Shown here one piece after another: positions 16,389 to 24,227 of a stretch of DNA of 24,227 bases. The notes under the pieces are model-generated. The model made no database searches. It was given only the letters and a program-made list of their open reading frames with translations, and was not told where the DNA came from. The stretch is from the NCBI GenBank assembly GCA_044440125.1, contig JBITAJ010000026.1:1-24227 (forward strand), read 5' to 3'. The position numbers and the translations under genes were made by a program. Numbering within the stretch: the first letter of the stretch is position 1; each line of letters opens with the position of its first letter. Source of the DNA: Sedimentisphaeraceae bacterium JB056 (GTDB taxonomy: Bacteria; Planctomycetota; Phycisphaerae; Sedimentisphaerales; Sedimentisphaeraceae).

Positions 16389-18659
16389 TTATCTGCCGTA
16401 TCTTCTGCGTTTAATCTCTGAAAGCTTGACTCTTTTTCGTGTGCCTTTTTCAACTTCCTGAGTTCCCGGAAGTATTGCTCCTTCAATACTTGCACCAACT
16501 GCGCAGCCTACAAGGCAGTCAAGCCAGTGGTTATCGCTGGCCTGCGGTTTAAGTTTCCATTCATCGACTGTTCTGCCTCTGCCGATTGTTTTAACTTTAT
16601 ACTCAGCAGTTAAGTGTTCGGCGAAAAGCTCGTGAACCTGCGGTTTTCTGCCAAAGAGCGACAAACATCCCTTATCACCAATAACAACTGCCAGCCTTGA
16701 ATGAATAAAACTCTTCCAGTAATTGGTGTCATAGACAACGTGTCTGACTGCTCGCCTGCCGCTGACGTTTGGAATTCTCCAGTTATGGCCGACAAGATCG
16801 CCTTGCTTTTTTCTGTATTGGGCAAAGGGTTTACTCGAAGCACCGACATATCTTCCATGGCTTGGATAAAGCAGTACTCCGTATTTTGATTGTCTGCAAA
16901 GCTGATAGACTAAATCTGTGCTTGTTCCCCAGTTAGCATCGATAAGACATCTTTCAATTCGCATTGTTGCCCCATCATCTCGCTGCCAGTGCCGCGAGAG
17001 ATAATCGTTTGTTAAATTCTCAAGCCCTGAATATATGCAGCCCTCAAGCCCGGCACCGGCCTTGATGCTTAAAAGCGTAGGCCTTGCATCTCGCAATGTA
17101 AAATATCTTCTGTTTTGTTTTGGATATGCGCCATAGTCTATAACGTAGCCTGTAAAATCACTCTCCCACGCACAAACAACATAAAATAATAATTTCCCCT
17201 GCACATCAATAAACATTGTAAGATGGTTACAGCCGATAGGAATCTCTCCGGTTTTGAAGCCGTTTAGTTTACCGGTGATGTCATCGATTGTTAATTGTTG
17301 ATCATCGCCTTGGGATTCAGGCAGCGGCTCGTTCTGGTATTCTGCCCAAAAGGCGGTTTCAGACTGAAGCCTTAAATTCATTGCGTGCTGAATAGCCGAT
17401 ATCTCATCATGATTGTATCTGGCAAGCCATGCAACCTGTGCGCCTTGGTCCATCTGCTCTCTGTGCTGGCGATAAAATTCTGTAGCCTCTCTGATATCAC
17501 CATATGCCCTTAGACTGTCTGCTCTGATCTCGGCATACTTATCCCAGAGTCTTTGATTGTCCGGGAATTTATACACCATCTTGCTTCTCTGGCCGTTCCA
17601 CTCGGGGTGTTTATCACGATCAAGAATCCTGTCTGCCATATCACCGGGCTGAATTACGGTACATGGCATTATGCCGCTTATCTTCTCACCAGGACCAGCC
17701 AATCCTAAAACAGCTCCGGCTAAGATGCGTTCTCTGTTTGCACACTGAGACAATGATCTGGCAGATTCATCTGTTTGGGGATCATCAAGTATGACAAGGC
17801 TTGGCCTAACTGTCTTACCATCAGGCCGCTTGAACTTCATGCCTCGAATGCGGCCTGTTATACCCGATACCCTGATAATTGCACCAGAAGCGGGTGAACC
17901 TTCTATTGTCGGAAGAACTATCTCGTTGGACGTCCAGCTTATTTGTGTTCTTTTACCGTTATATAGCTGCCCGCTGCAGCGATTTGCGATTCCTTCAAGT
18001 GCGTTTATCGGAAAGCATACTTCAGGAAAGTCTGCCAATAAAAGCTCATTTGAATCCAGTTCAGTCTTAATCGAGTCAAGCATATCTAAAGCATGCGATT
18101 CATCAGAACCGATCAGTGTTACAAAATCCCTGTGTCCATACAAAATAGCCCAGATGCAGGCAGTTTCTGCTAAAGAGCTCTTACCTGATCCTCTGGGCAT
18201 AGCCAGTGCGAACAGACCGCCGTAAAGTACCGCCTGCTCAATTCTTTCTATTACCTTTAGATGATCATGGGAAAATTCCAGATTATAACACAGCGGGAAA
18301 TAGCTCTCGCAGAAAAGCTTGAAGTTATTTCTGCACAGCTCCTTGAGCTCTTTATTTTTAACCTCGGGCAGCTGACCGATATCACGTCCGCTGGCTGAAA
18401 GATTTGCATTCCGCTGTCGTGCATTATCCTTGATCTGCTGATAATCCTGGACTTGGGCAGAACCGGTACTCTCTTTTTGTTCAATAAGCCATGTAATATA
18501 CTTAAAGAGATTAACTGTTTTACCCTCAGACGATATCCTGAATCCTGCCCGCTGACGATGTCTATAAAGCTGACGATCATCAATGACTGTGCCAAGTTGC
18601 GAGCTGTTAAGCAGTTTAGTTAGTTCTGAGGGTTTAAGCTTGGCAGGATTAATTGCCAT
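16389..18659 (-). CDS. terL: Terminase large subunit with GpA-like nuclease domain and an extra N-terminal wHTH-like domain
   Basis: Walker A PRGSGKS, Walker B LVILDD, nuclease motifs FIDVQ, LIDAN, EHLTAE, NHWLDC. Confidence 0.92.
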   Translation of the reverse strand: MAINPAKLKPSELTKLLNSSQLGTVIDDRQLYRHRQRAGFRISSEGKTVNLFKYITWLIEQKESTGSAQVQDYQQIKDNARQRNANLSASGRDIGQLPEVKNKELKELCRNNFKLFCESYFPLCYNLEFSHDHLKVIERIEQAVLYGGLFALAMPRGSGKSSLAETACIWAILYGHRDFVTLIGSDESHALDMLDSIKTELDSNELLLADFPEVCFPINALEGIANRCSGQLYNGKRTQISWTSNEIVLPTIEGSPASGAIIRVSGITGRIRGMKFKRPDGKTVRPSLVILDDPQTDESARSLSQCANRERILAGAVLGLAGPGEKISGIMPCTVIQPGDMADRILDRDKHPEWNGQRSKMVYKFPDNQRLWDKYAEIRADSLRAYGDIREATEFYRQHREQMDQGAQVAWLARYNHDEISAIQHAMNLRLQSETAFWAEYQNEPLPESQGDDQQLTIDDITGKLNGFKTGEIPIGCNHLTMFIDVQGKLLFYVVCAWESDFTGYVIDYGAYPKQNRRYFTLRDARPTLLSIKAGAGLEGCIYSGLENLTNDYLSRHWQRDDGATMRIERCLIDANWGTSTDLVYQLCRQSKYGVLLYPSHGRYVGASSKPFAQYRKKQGDLVGHNWRIPNVSGRRAVRHVVYDTNYWKSFIHSRLAVVIGDKGCLSLFGRKPQVHELFAEHLTAEYKVKTIGRGRTVDEWKLKPQASDNHWLDCLVGCAVGASIEGAILPGTQEVEKGTRKRVKLSEIKRRRYGR

Positions 18660-18846
18660 TGGCCACCTCTTTTACTAACCATGCTGCAAATTCAAGCAGG
18701 TTTACCTTATCATTATTTACCGGCAGACCCTGCTTGATATATTCAGATACAAGCTTTTTCGAGATATTCTTAGACCCGCATTTTTTGAGTATACTGACAA
18801 CATCGTCAATCGGTAGCTCTGTTATCTTTGCGGGTGTTTGATTCAT
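18649..18846 (-). CDS. Putative minimal terminase small subunit (Nu1-like wHTH DNA-binding domain)
   Basis: YIKQGLPV...VNLLEFAAWL resembles lambda Nu1 WQEQGMPV...YDSAAVIKWY; overlaps the terL start. Confidence 0.55.
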   Translation of the reverse strand: MNQTPAKITELPIDDVVSILKKCGSKNISKKLVSEYIKQGLPVNNDKVNLLEFAAWLVKEVANGN

Positions 18847-18859
18847 AGGAAAAAGTTCT

Positions 18860-18954
18860 TAAATTCTTGCAGATAATATGTTTATTGACTTGATAACACA
18901 GGCGGTTTATGGATTAATGGTACATGTAAAAAGTACTGCTTAACGAGGTAAATA
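18860..18954 (+). promoter_or_regulatory. Class A promoter-like element upstream of the antisense operon
   Basis: Similar to the reverse complement of 741-825; ends in a GAGG SD before ATG 18957. Confidence 0.55.
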
Positions 18955-18956
18955 AA

Positions 18957-19196
18957 ATGGATGCAGCAAAAAAAATAAGAGAATCAATAACACAGATAAG
19001 AAGACAAAACAAAGAGAAATTCTGTTTCCCGGCTTTTTATAAATACAGCGACTCTCTTGATGAAGCTGATAAACGTGCAGTCTGCCGCAGAGCATATACA
19101 CTTTCAATAATAGCAGCAGGCGGATGCATATCGAAAGATGATTTAATAGAAACTCTTCAGTATATTGAAGAGATGGTATACGACATCGAATCATAA
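18957..19196 (+). CDS. Hypothetical helical protein
   Basis: 79-aa ORF with a GAGGT SD. Confidence 0.6.
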   Translation: MDAAKKIRESITQIRRQNKEKFCFPAFYKYSDSLDEADKRAVCRRAYTLSIIAAGGCISKDDLIETLQYIEEMVYDIES

Positions 19197-19218
19197 TTTT
19201 AGCGAAAGGAACATACAT

Positions 19219-19683
19219 ATGGAAACAACTAAGTTAACTCTCAATCAAAAATGTTTTTGTAAAATCGGACAAAATCAAGTCGAAGCAACCATCATCGAGA
19301 CAACCCCGCAAGGTCCATGGCTTCTCAAAATCACAAAAAGCGGCAAAACAATAAGCGTTAGTAATCGCTCAAGAATAACTCCTGTAGCAGATGAACAGAT
19401 AGCGGTACAAGCAAGTAAAAATAAATATTCACTTCTCGATACCGCCGAGATTATCCTTAAAACCTCTCCTCACAAGCCGCTTAATGCAAAGGCAATAATA
19501 AAACTCGCAATAGAAGATGAACTCTGGAAGCCAGGCAAAGGTAAAACACCGGCCAATACTCTGCATGCCTCAATAAACAAAGAAATCAAGACCAAAGGCG
19601 AAGCTTCTCGTTTTAAGCGTTCGCCCGAGGTAAGGGGAGCATTCTTGCTGACTGCCTATTACTGTTCTCCTGGAGAGGATTGA
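19219..19683 (+). CDS. HARE-HTH (HB1/ASXL/restriction endonuclease winged helix) domain protein
   Basis: SLLDTAEIIL...PLNAKAII..AI...LW.P..GKTP.NTL.ASI.KEI...G..SRF.....RG.F; start reassigned to ATG 19219 after GAAAGGA. Confidence 0.8.
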   Translation: METTKLTLNQKCFCKIGQNQVEATIIETTPQGPWLLKITKSGKTISVSNRSRITPVADEQIAVQASKNKYSLLDTAEIILKTSPHKPLNAKAIIKLAIEDELWKPGKGKTPANTLHASINKEIKTKGEASRFKRSPEVRGAFLLTAYYCSPGED

Positions 19684-20897
19684 TTTTCAACCGCAGGCGT
19701 AAGTGCTTGCCAGTCGCAGTTTTCTCCATGAACAAACTCGGCCCATCTGCGGCGGATAACGTCGCAGTATTTTGGGTCAAGTTCCATTACTCTTGCAACT
19801 CTTCCGGTTCTCTCGGCAGCGATAACCGTAGTTCCGCTTCCGGCAAACATATCCAGCACAACATCGCCTCGCTTGCTTGAGTTGCACATCTGGTACTCAA
19901 AAAGTGCCACAGGTTTCATCGTCGGATGCTCAGCGTTCCTAAGCGGCTTATCAAAATTCATTACAGTTCTCTGGCTTCTGTCAGAATACCACCTGTGCTT
20001 TTCTCCAGGTCTCCAGCCGTAAAGACAAGGCTCATGTATCCACTGGTAGTCCTGTCTGCCGATTATGAGCTGATTCTTTTCCCATATAAGGCACTGCTTT
20101 ATATCTAAATCTGCCATCTTACAGGCAAGCCTGAAATTGACCGACTGATTATCACCATACCAGATATAAAAGGCTCCGCCTTTATTTAGATAATTAGCGG
20201 CATTGGTAAAAGCAGCAGTAAGAAAATCAAGGAAATCCTCATCGCTCATATTGTCATTGGTAATAGTAAGCTTATCCTCGGTTGCTCCCTGATAGCTTAC
20301 ATTGTATGGCGGGTCCTGCAAAAGAAGCTCTGCCATCTGGCCGCCGGTAAGTCTTTCAACATCCTCTTGGCTGCAGGCATCCCCGCAAAGAAGCAGATGC
20401 TCTCCAAGCCGGTAAATCTCACCGGACCTGCTTGCTGGTTTCTTTGGAGTTTCGGGAACCTCTTCAGGATCAGTTAAACCCTCTGTAACAACTGCATCGT
20501 TATCTCCGTTTAGAAGTTTTTCAAGTTCTTCACAGTCAAACGCTAAAAGATCTAAATCAAAATCGCACTCAGACAAGTCTCCAAGTTCAATTTTAAGCTT
20601 ATCGAAATCCCACTGGGCAAGCTCACCGGTTTTATTGTCGGCTATTCGATATGCCTTGATCTGCTCAGCGGTCAGATCTTTTGCAACATGGACCGGCACT
20701 TTTTCAAGACCAAGTTTCAAAGCAGCTAAGTATCTGGTATGGCCTACTATAATTACTCCGGCCTCATCAACCACGATAGGCTGGCGAAAACCAAACTCCT
20801 TAATGCTTTTGGCTACCGCATCAACGGCTGATTCATTGAAGCGTGGATTGTTGTCATAAGGAATAACTGCTGATGTTTCTTTGTAAATTATTTTCAT
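19659..20897 (-). CDS. ParB/Srx-like domain fused to a beta-class N6A/N4C DNA methyltransferase
   Basis: NNPR...SIKEFGFRQPIVVD...GHTR; DPPY precedes HPTMKP and VLDMFAGSGTT. Confidence 0.93.
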   Translation of the reverse strand: MKIIYKETSAVIPYDNNPRFNESAVDAVAKSIKEFGFRQPIVVDEAGVIIVGHTRYLAALKLGLEKVPVHVAKDLTAEQIKAYRIADNKTGELAQWDFDKLKIELGDLSECDFDLDLLAFDCEELEKLLNGDNDAVVTEGLTDPEEVPETPKKPASRSGEIYRLGEHLLLCGDACSQEDVERLTGGQMAELLLQDPPYNVSYQGATEDKLTITNDNMSDEDFLDFLTAAFTNAANYLNKGGAFYIWYGDNQSVNFRLACKMADLDIKQCLIWEKNQLIIGRQDYQWIHEPCLYGWRPGEKHRWYSDRSQRTVMNFDKPLRNAEHPTMKPVALFEYQMCNSSKRGDVVLDMFAGSGTTVIAAERTGRVARVMELDPKYCDVIRRRWAEFVHGENCDWQALTPAVENQSSPGEQ

Positions 20898-20947
20898 ATT
20901 TCAAGGTCCCTAAAGCGGTATGGTTACAAATATTGTTCTGACGTATA

Positions 20948-20986
20948 ATATATACCGCCGCCTACATAAAACTGTCGAAATATTGA
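20948..20986 (-). promoter_or_regulatory. Class B (late) promoter-like motif, copy 2
   Basis: 31/39 identity with 16232-16270; about 50 nt upstream of the methyltransferase start. Confidence 0.7.
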
Positions 20987-21076
20987 TAAGGCTGATTTTG
21001 TAAACATTTGTTATTAATAAGTTTATCGTAATGAAATAAAAAAACCGGACAGCAAAACAAACTCTGTCTATACAGG

Positions 21077-21123
21077 CGACTGCATCCGCCGCTCGTAAGT
21101 CTTTTATTGACAAGGGAGTACCT
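21077..21123 (-). other. Candidate lambda-like cos site (cosQ-like AGGTACT plus cosN-like TTACG AGCGGCGGATGC)
   Basis: Lambda has GGGTCCT-N18-TTACG-GGGCGGCGACCT; here AGGTACT-N18-TTACG-AGCGGCGGATGC, upstream of the packaging genes. Confidence 0.6.
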
Positions 21124-21479
21124 AAATTTAGCCGAAAACGCAAATAGAAAAACGCGGTTTTAGCCCAATAACGCGGCTTTTATTAAAATTATGGTTAACA
21201 CACAATCCTAAGGTTTTACACTGCTCACCGAACCACGCCCGCAGAGGCTCACCTGGCGACTTGTTTTGCTACCCATGCCCATGGTAGCTAAGTTACACCA
21301 GACGACCACTAAAGGGCTCCTCGCGGCCTTCCAAGCCTTCTTCGGCAGACAGGGCTATGTGCCATCCTCGACCTGCTTCAAGTGTTTGTCCGCATCAGGA
21401 AACACCTCCTTCAACCAGTCGTTTGAATGAATATTCTATTGACTTGTAGTCTCTCTTAAAAAGGTTTCACTGGAGATTT

Positions 21480-21720
21480 CTACGGTTCCCTACGCGTATG
21501 CGCGCATATGAAATGCGAGACATATATAGTGAAAAGAGAGAGTTGTTTTTTAAATATATATTATATCTATATTTACAGCAAAATTAGCTTTCACCCTAAG
21601 GGGGTGAAAGTTGGGTGAAAGCTGAGCGATAAAGCCCATTTTTTTGCTATTTTGAGCTTGCCTGGCTAAAAATAATTAGCGTTCACCCCCCGAAAGGTGA
21701 AAGCTAAGGTGAAAGTTAAA
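21480..21720. repeat. Candidate replication origin: GGTGAAAG iterons in two ~45-bp units plus an AT-rich tract
   Basis: GGTGAAAG at 21603, 21614, 21696, 21708; inverted copies at 21588-21595 and 21680-21687 (GGTGAACG); AT tract at 21545-21575. Confidence 0.65.
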
Positions 21721-21766
21721 ATGGAGCTTTTTGAGTCAATTATCATGATACTTTGGGTAAATCTAC

Positions 21767-21795
21767 TTGATTAAAACAAGCGAAAAGGCTAACAT
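21767..21795 (+). promoter_or_regulatory. Sigma70-like promoter for the nuclease gene
   Basis: TTGATT-N17-TAACAT, about 60 nt upstream of ATG 21858. Confidence 0.45.
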
Positions 21796-21857
21796 GTTTA
21801 GCCTTATTGCAGATTTTTGTCAAGTTGAAACTAACCTAAAACCGATGAGAGAGATAA

Positions 21858-22724
21858 ATGGGAATTGGTAATCAATATGAACTCGACGATGAATTCAAGG
21901 CTGCGGCGCGTCTTCATCAGTCGAAATACCGAGACGAAATACTTCAGAGAGATTTTGCTGATTATGGCAACAGGCTTACCGATCCCGATGGACAGGCATT
22001 ACTCAACTACTACGAAAAACTCAATTGCAGACTCGCTTTACGCAATCGGTATCCAAAATACTCCAAGACTCGTGATGCCGACATGCTTCGTAGCGAACAT
22101 ATTCCTTTCAACCTTTTTGCTCCATTTGACGTTTGCAGGCAACAGGCAGTTGAGATCATTAAAAAAGCATTCGCAATAGACTGCACGCTTGTAGATTTAG
22201 TCGCAATTGAATACGCACCCCAGCCCAAAGAAACATATTTGAATGATGCAACATCGTTTGATGCCTATTTGCAGGTAACGACGCCAAATCAAAAGAAATG
22301 CGGAATCGGAATTGAAGTAAAATATACAGAGAAGGATTATCGTATCGGCAAAAAAGAGGCTGCCAACGTAAATGACCATCAGTCTTTATATTGGAAAACC
22401 GCAAGGAGATCAGATTGCTTCATTGACCCAGATAATGATATATTCGGCTCAGATCCTTTAAGACAGATATGGAGAAACCATTTGCTGGGCTTGTCTATGA
22501 TAGAGCACGGTGATGTTGACGAATTTTATTCAATAACCTTGTTCCCAAATGGCAACAACCATTTCCACGAAGTACTGCCCAGATATATTTCTTTATTGAA
22601 AGAAAAAGCTAAACCGTATGTTTTGGGCTGTACCTTCGAAAAATTTATTTCGATTATTGGCGGCACCCCTGAATTCGATGAATGGAAAGCATGGCTTGAG
22701 AGAAGGTATTTGGTTAAGCAGTGA
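21858..22724 (+). CDS. PD-(D/E)XK putative restriction endonuclease (PGN_0703-like)
   Basis: MLRSE..PFNLF.P, IEYAP, DATSFDAY, GIEVKYTE and QIWRNHLL motifs. Confidence 0.75.
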   Translation: MGIGNQYELDDEFKAAARLHQSKYRDEILQRDFADYGNRLTDPDGQALLNYYEKLNCRLALRNRYPKYSKTRDADMLRSEHIPFNLFAPFDVCRQQAVEIIKKAFAIDCTLVDLVAIEYAPQPKETYLNDATSFDAYLQVTTPNQKKCGIGIEVKYTEKDYRIGKKEAANVNDHQSLYWKTARRSDCFIDPDNDIFGSDPLRQIWRNHLLGLSMIEHGDVDEFYSITLFPNGNNHFHEVLPRYISLLKEKAKPYVLGCTFEKFISIIGGTPEFDEWKAWLERRYLVKQ

Positions 22725-22762
22725 CAAATTCACTTTAGCCATGCCTTGTTCAACAAAAAGGT

Positions 22763-24227
22763 TCAACCATTCAACATGGAGTATTTATAGCCTCTGGTTG
22801 TTGGGATTCCTTGGATATCGCCTTGCTCTTCAAGAGTAGCTACTATTTTATTGAATGAATCCTTATCAATCTTCATTCTTTTAAGCAAAATTCCCCGCTG
22901 CAAGACCTGATCTGGTGCATTGCGGAGCTTATCCATGAATTTTAAGCACTGGCCATGGAACTCATTATCAGTGGCATAGGTCTCGGTCATATAGAGCTGA
23001 CGCTTGATCTGATAATCCACAAACTCTATTGCCCATTTAGCCGCCTGCTCGCTTATCACCGGCTCCTTGTGGTTCTCACTGCATCCTCGCAGAAGAGCGA
23101 GCTTTCGGGCATTCTCGGCAGCCCTTGACCATATCGCCTTAGTAACCTCGTCATTAGCTTCTGCATTGATATGTTCAAGATCCGAGTGTCTTTGAAACTC
23201 AAACAACAGCTCTCCGGCCCTGCCGGCATATTCAACCACCTGTGGTTTTGGATTCTCCCACGAAAGGTTGCCGCCGGAATTTCTTATGGTGCGTGTCTTA
23301 TCATGCCAGAAACGAGCGGTTTCAATAACCCTCTCGGGCAACCGATCAATATCTCCTGCCATCTCGCACAAAGGACGGTTCCCGGCGTCTATAACCATCA
23401 TTCTGCTGAAAAAACCGTTGGTCATCATCCTCTCGCTCAATGCCTGGTAATAGTTTTTAGGCGTTGCTGTCCCGAAGATCGTCAGGTGCGGATAAATGAT
23501 GCTTCGGCATTGATCCATACCGGCTTTGGTTCTCATAGGCATTGAACTGTCGCTTGATGTGTAGAATATCATAAGCGTTGAGCCAATACCTTCATGCCTT
23601 CCTTCTCTGGAAGTTTTGAGGCTTCTGAGCATCGAATCTATTTCATCGGTCTGAAAAAGCATGTTGTAGTTTACAGACATTACATCCTCCAAACCTTCAC
23701 CGGAAGCAAATTTGCTGCCAAGACAATGAATGGCGTCTATATTCATCATGATATTGCTGTTAATCTTTCGTGGCCAGTCTTTGCCCGTTCCACTACTGGC
23801 CAGACCAAGTACATAGATGTTGCCTCTGATATTACCGGGCTCTTTTACCTTGCGACCGCTGAGGAAAGATTGCATTGTAAGTGCGCCACAAAACGCCAGT
23901 CTGAGGTTTGGATAGGGGGCTGTTTCCATGCAGAAATCCATCAGCTCATTCATAAACCCCGGCACGTTAAAAAGCCGCTCAGGGATTATCGGAACATCTT
24001 TGCTCTTAGTTTCTTTAACGGTCGCATGAACTGTTTCTTGTTCTTTAAGACCGGCCATGAAACCAGACAAGTCTACTCCTCTTTCGAGGTTGCCATAGCC
24101 ATCAAGTTCAAGAGCTCTTATCGCAGCAGAGTTATTACCGCCATGTTCGAGCATTGAATAGACAGCAAATTTCGAATATCCCTTATTCTGATCAAAAGGC
24201 AATGCATTGCTGCTGAATACATAAAAC
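22763..24227 (-). CDS. DUF3987-type primase-associated helicase/ATPase with C-terminal wHTH; 5' end outside the window
   Basis: Frame open to the edge (FYVFSSNALPF...); Walker A-like GLASSGTGKD, Walker B LFQTDEI, GFFSRM. Confidence 0.8.
   Translation of the reverse strand, partial: FYVFSSNALPFDQNKGYSKFAVYSMLEHGGNNSAAIRALELDGYGNLERGVDLSGFMAGLKEQETVHATVKETKSKDVPIIPERLFNVPGFMNELMDFCMETAPYPNLRLAFCGALTMQSFLSGRKVKEPGNIRGNIYVLGLASSGTGKDWPRKINSNIMMNIDAIHCLGSKFASGEGLEDVMSVNYNMLFQTDEIDSMLRSLKTSREGRHEGIGSTLMIFYTSSDSSMPMRTKAGMDQCRSIIYPHLTIFGTATPKNYYQALSERMMTNGFFSRMMVIDAGNRPLCEMAGDIDRLPERVIETARFWHDKTRTIRNSGGNLSWENPKPQVVEYAGRAGELLFEFQRHSDLEHINAEANDEVTKAIWSRAAENARKLALLRGCSENHKEPVISEQAAKWAIEFVDYQIKRQLYMTETYATDNEFHGQCLKFMDKLRNAPDQVLQRGILLKRMKIDKDSFNKIVATLEEQGDIQGIPTTRGYKYSMLNG

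Larger units (their letters stand above)
441..24227 (-). mobile_element. Temperate siphovirus-like prophage (lambda-type packaging/portal), continuing beyond the right edge
   Basis: Co-oriented terminase, portal, protease-capsid, head-tail, tube, chaperone and tape measure genes plus a replication gene. Confidence 0.95.

Noticed and set aside
20910..21143. 77-aa minus-strand ORF
   Set aside because: Overlaps the cos candidate and the class B promoter; no convincing start or protein motif.
19659..22724. Methyltransferase plus nuclease as a cognate type II R-M pair
   Set aside because: They are separated by origin and cos, and ParB-fused methyltransferases are common orphan genes near terminases; no evidence of pairing.

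Overview
Almost the whole window (about 441 to the right edge) is one temperate siphovirus-type prophage, encoded mostly on the minus strand. Read right to left it contains: a partial DUF3987-type primase/helicase, an oppositely oriented PD-(D/E)XK nuclease, an iteron-rich candidate origin, a lambda-like cos candidate, a ParB-fused DNA methyltransferase, an antisense HARE-HTH operon, terminase, gpW-like protein, lambda-type portal, protease-capsid fusion, head decoration and head-tail genes, a 3-gene cassette, tail tube, tail chaperones with a -1 frameshift, holin and spanin-like genes, tape measure, three tail-tip genes and a DUF6900-like gene. The 5' end of an IS transposase sits at the left edge. 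No integrase, repressor or endolysin is visible. The gene set recalls Planctomycetota prophages (inference only). The most unusual signals are non-coding. (i) 10-nt-period arrays form an 'empty' hairpin at 7327-7390 and also bracket, as inverted arms, a 2.5-kb cassette encoding a GLUG-like/CBM5-12-like adhesin. (ii) A repeated 7-nt-period/RBS-hairpin leader precedes the tube, holin and spanin-like genes. (iii) Two distinct promoter-like motifs each occur twice. (iv) cosQ-cosN spacing is identical to lambda. (v) The iterons resemble those of P4. All family assignments are by motif recognition, not database search.
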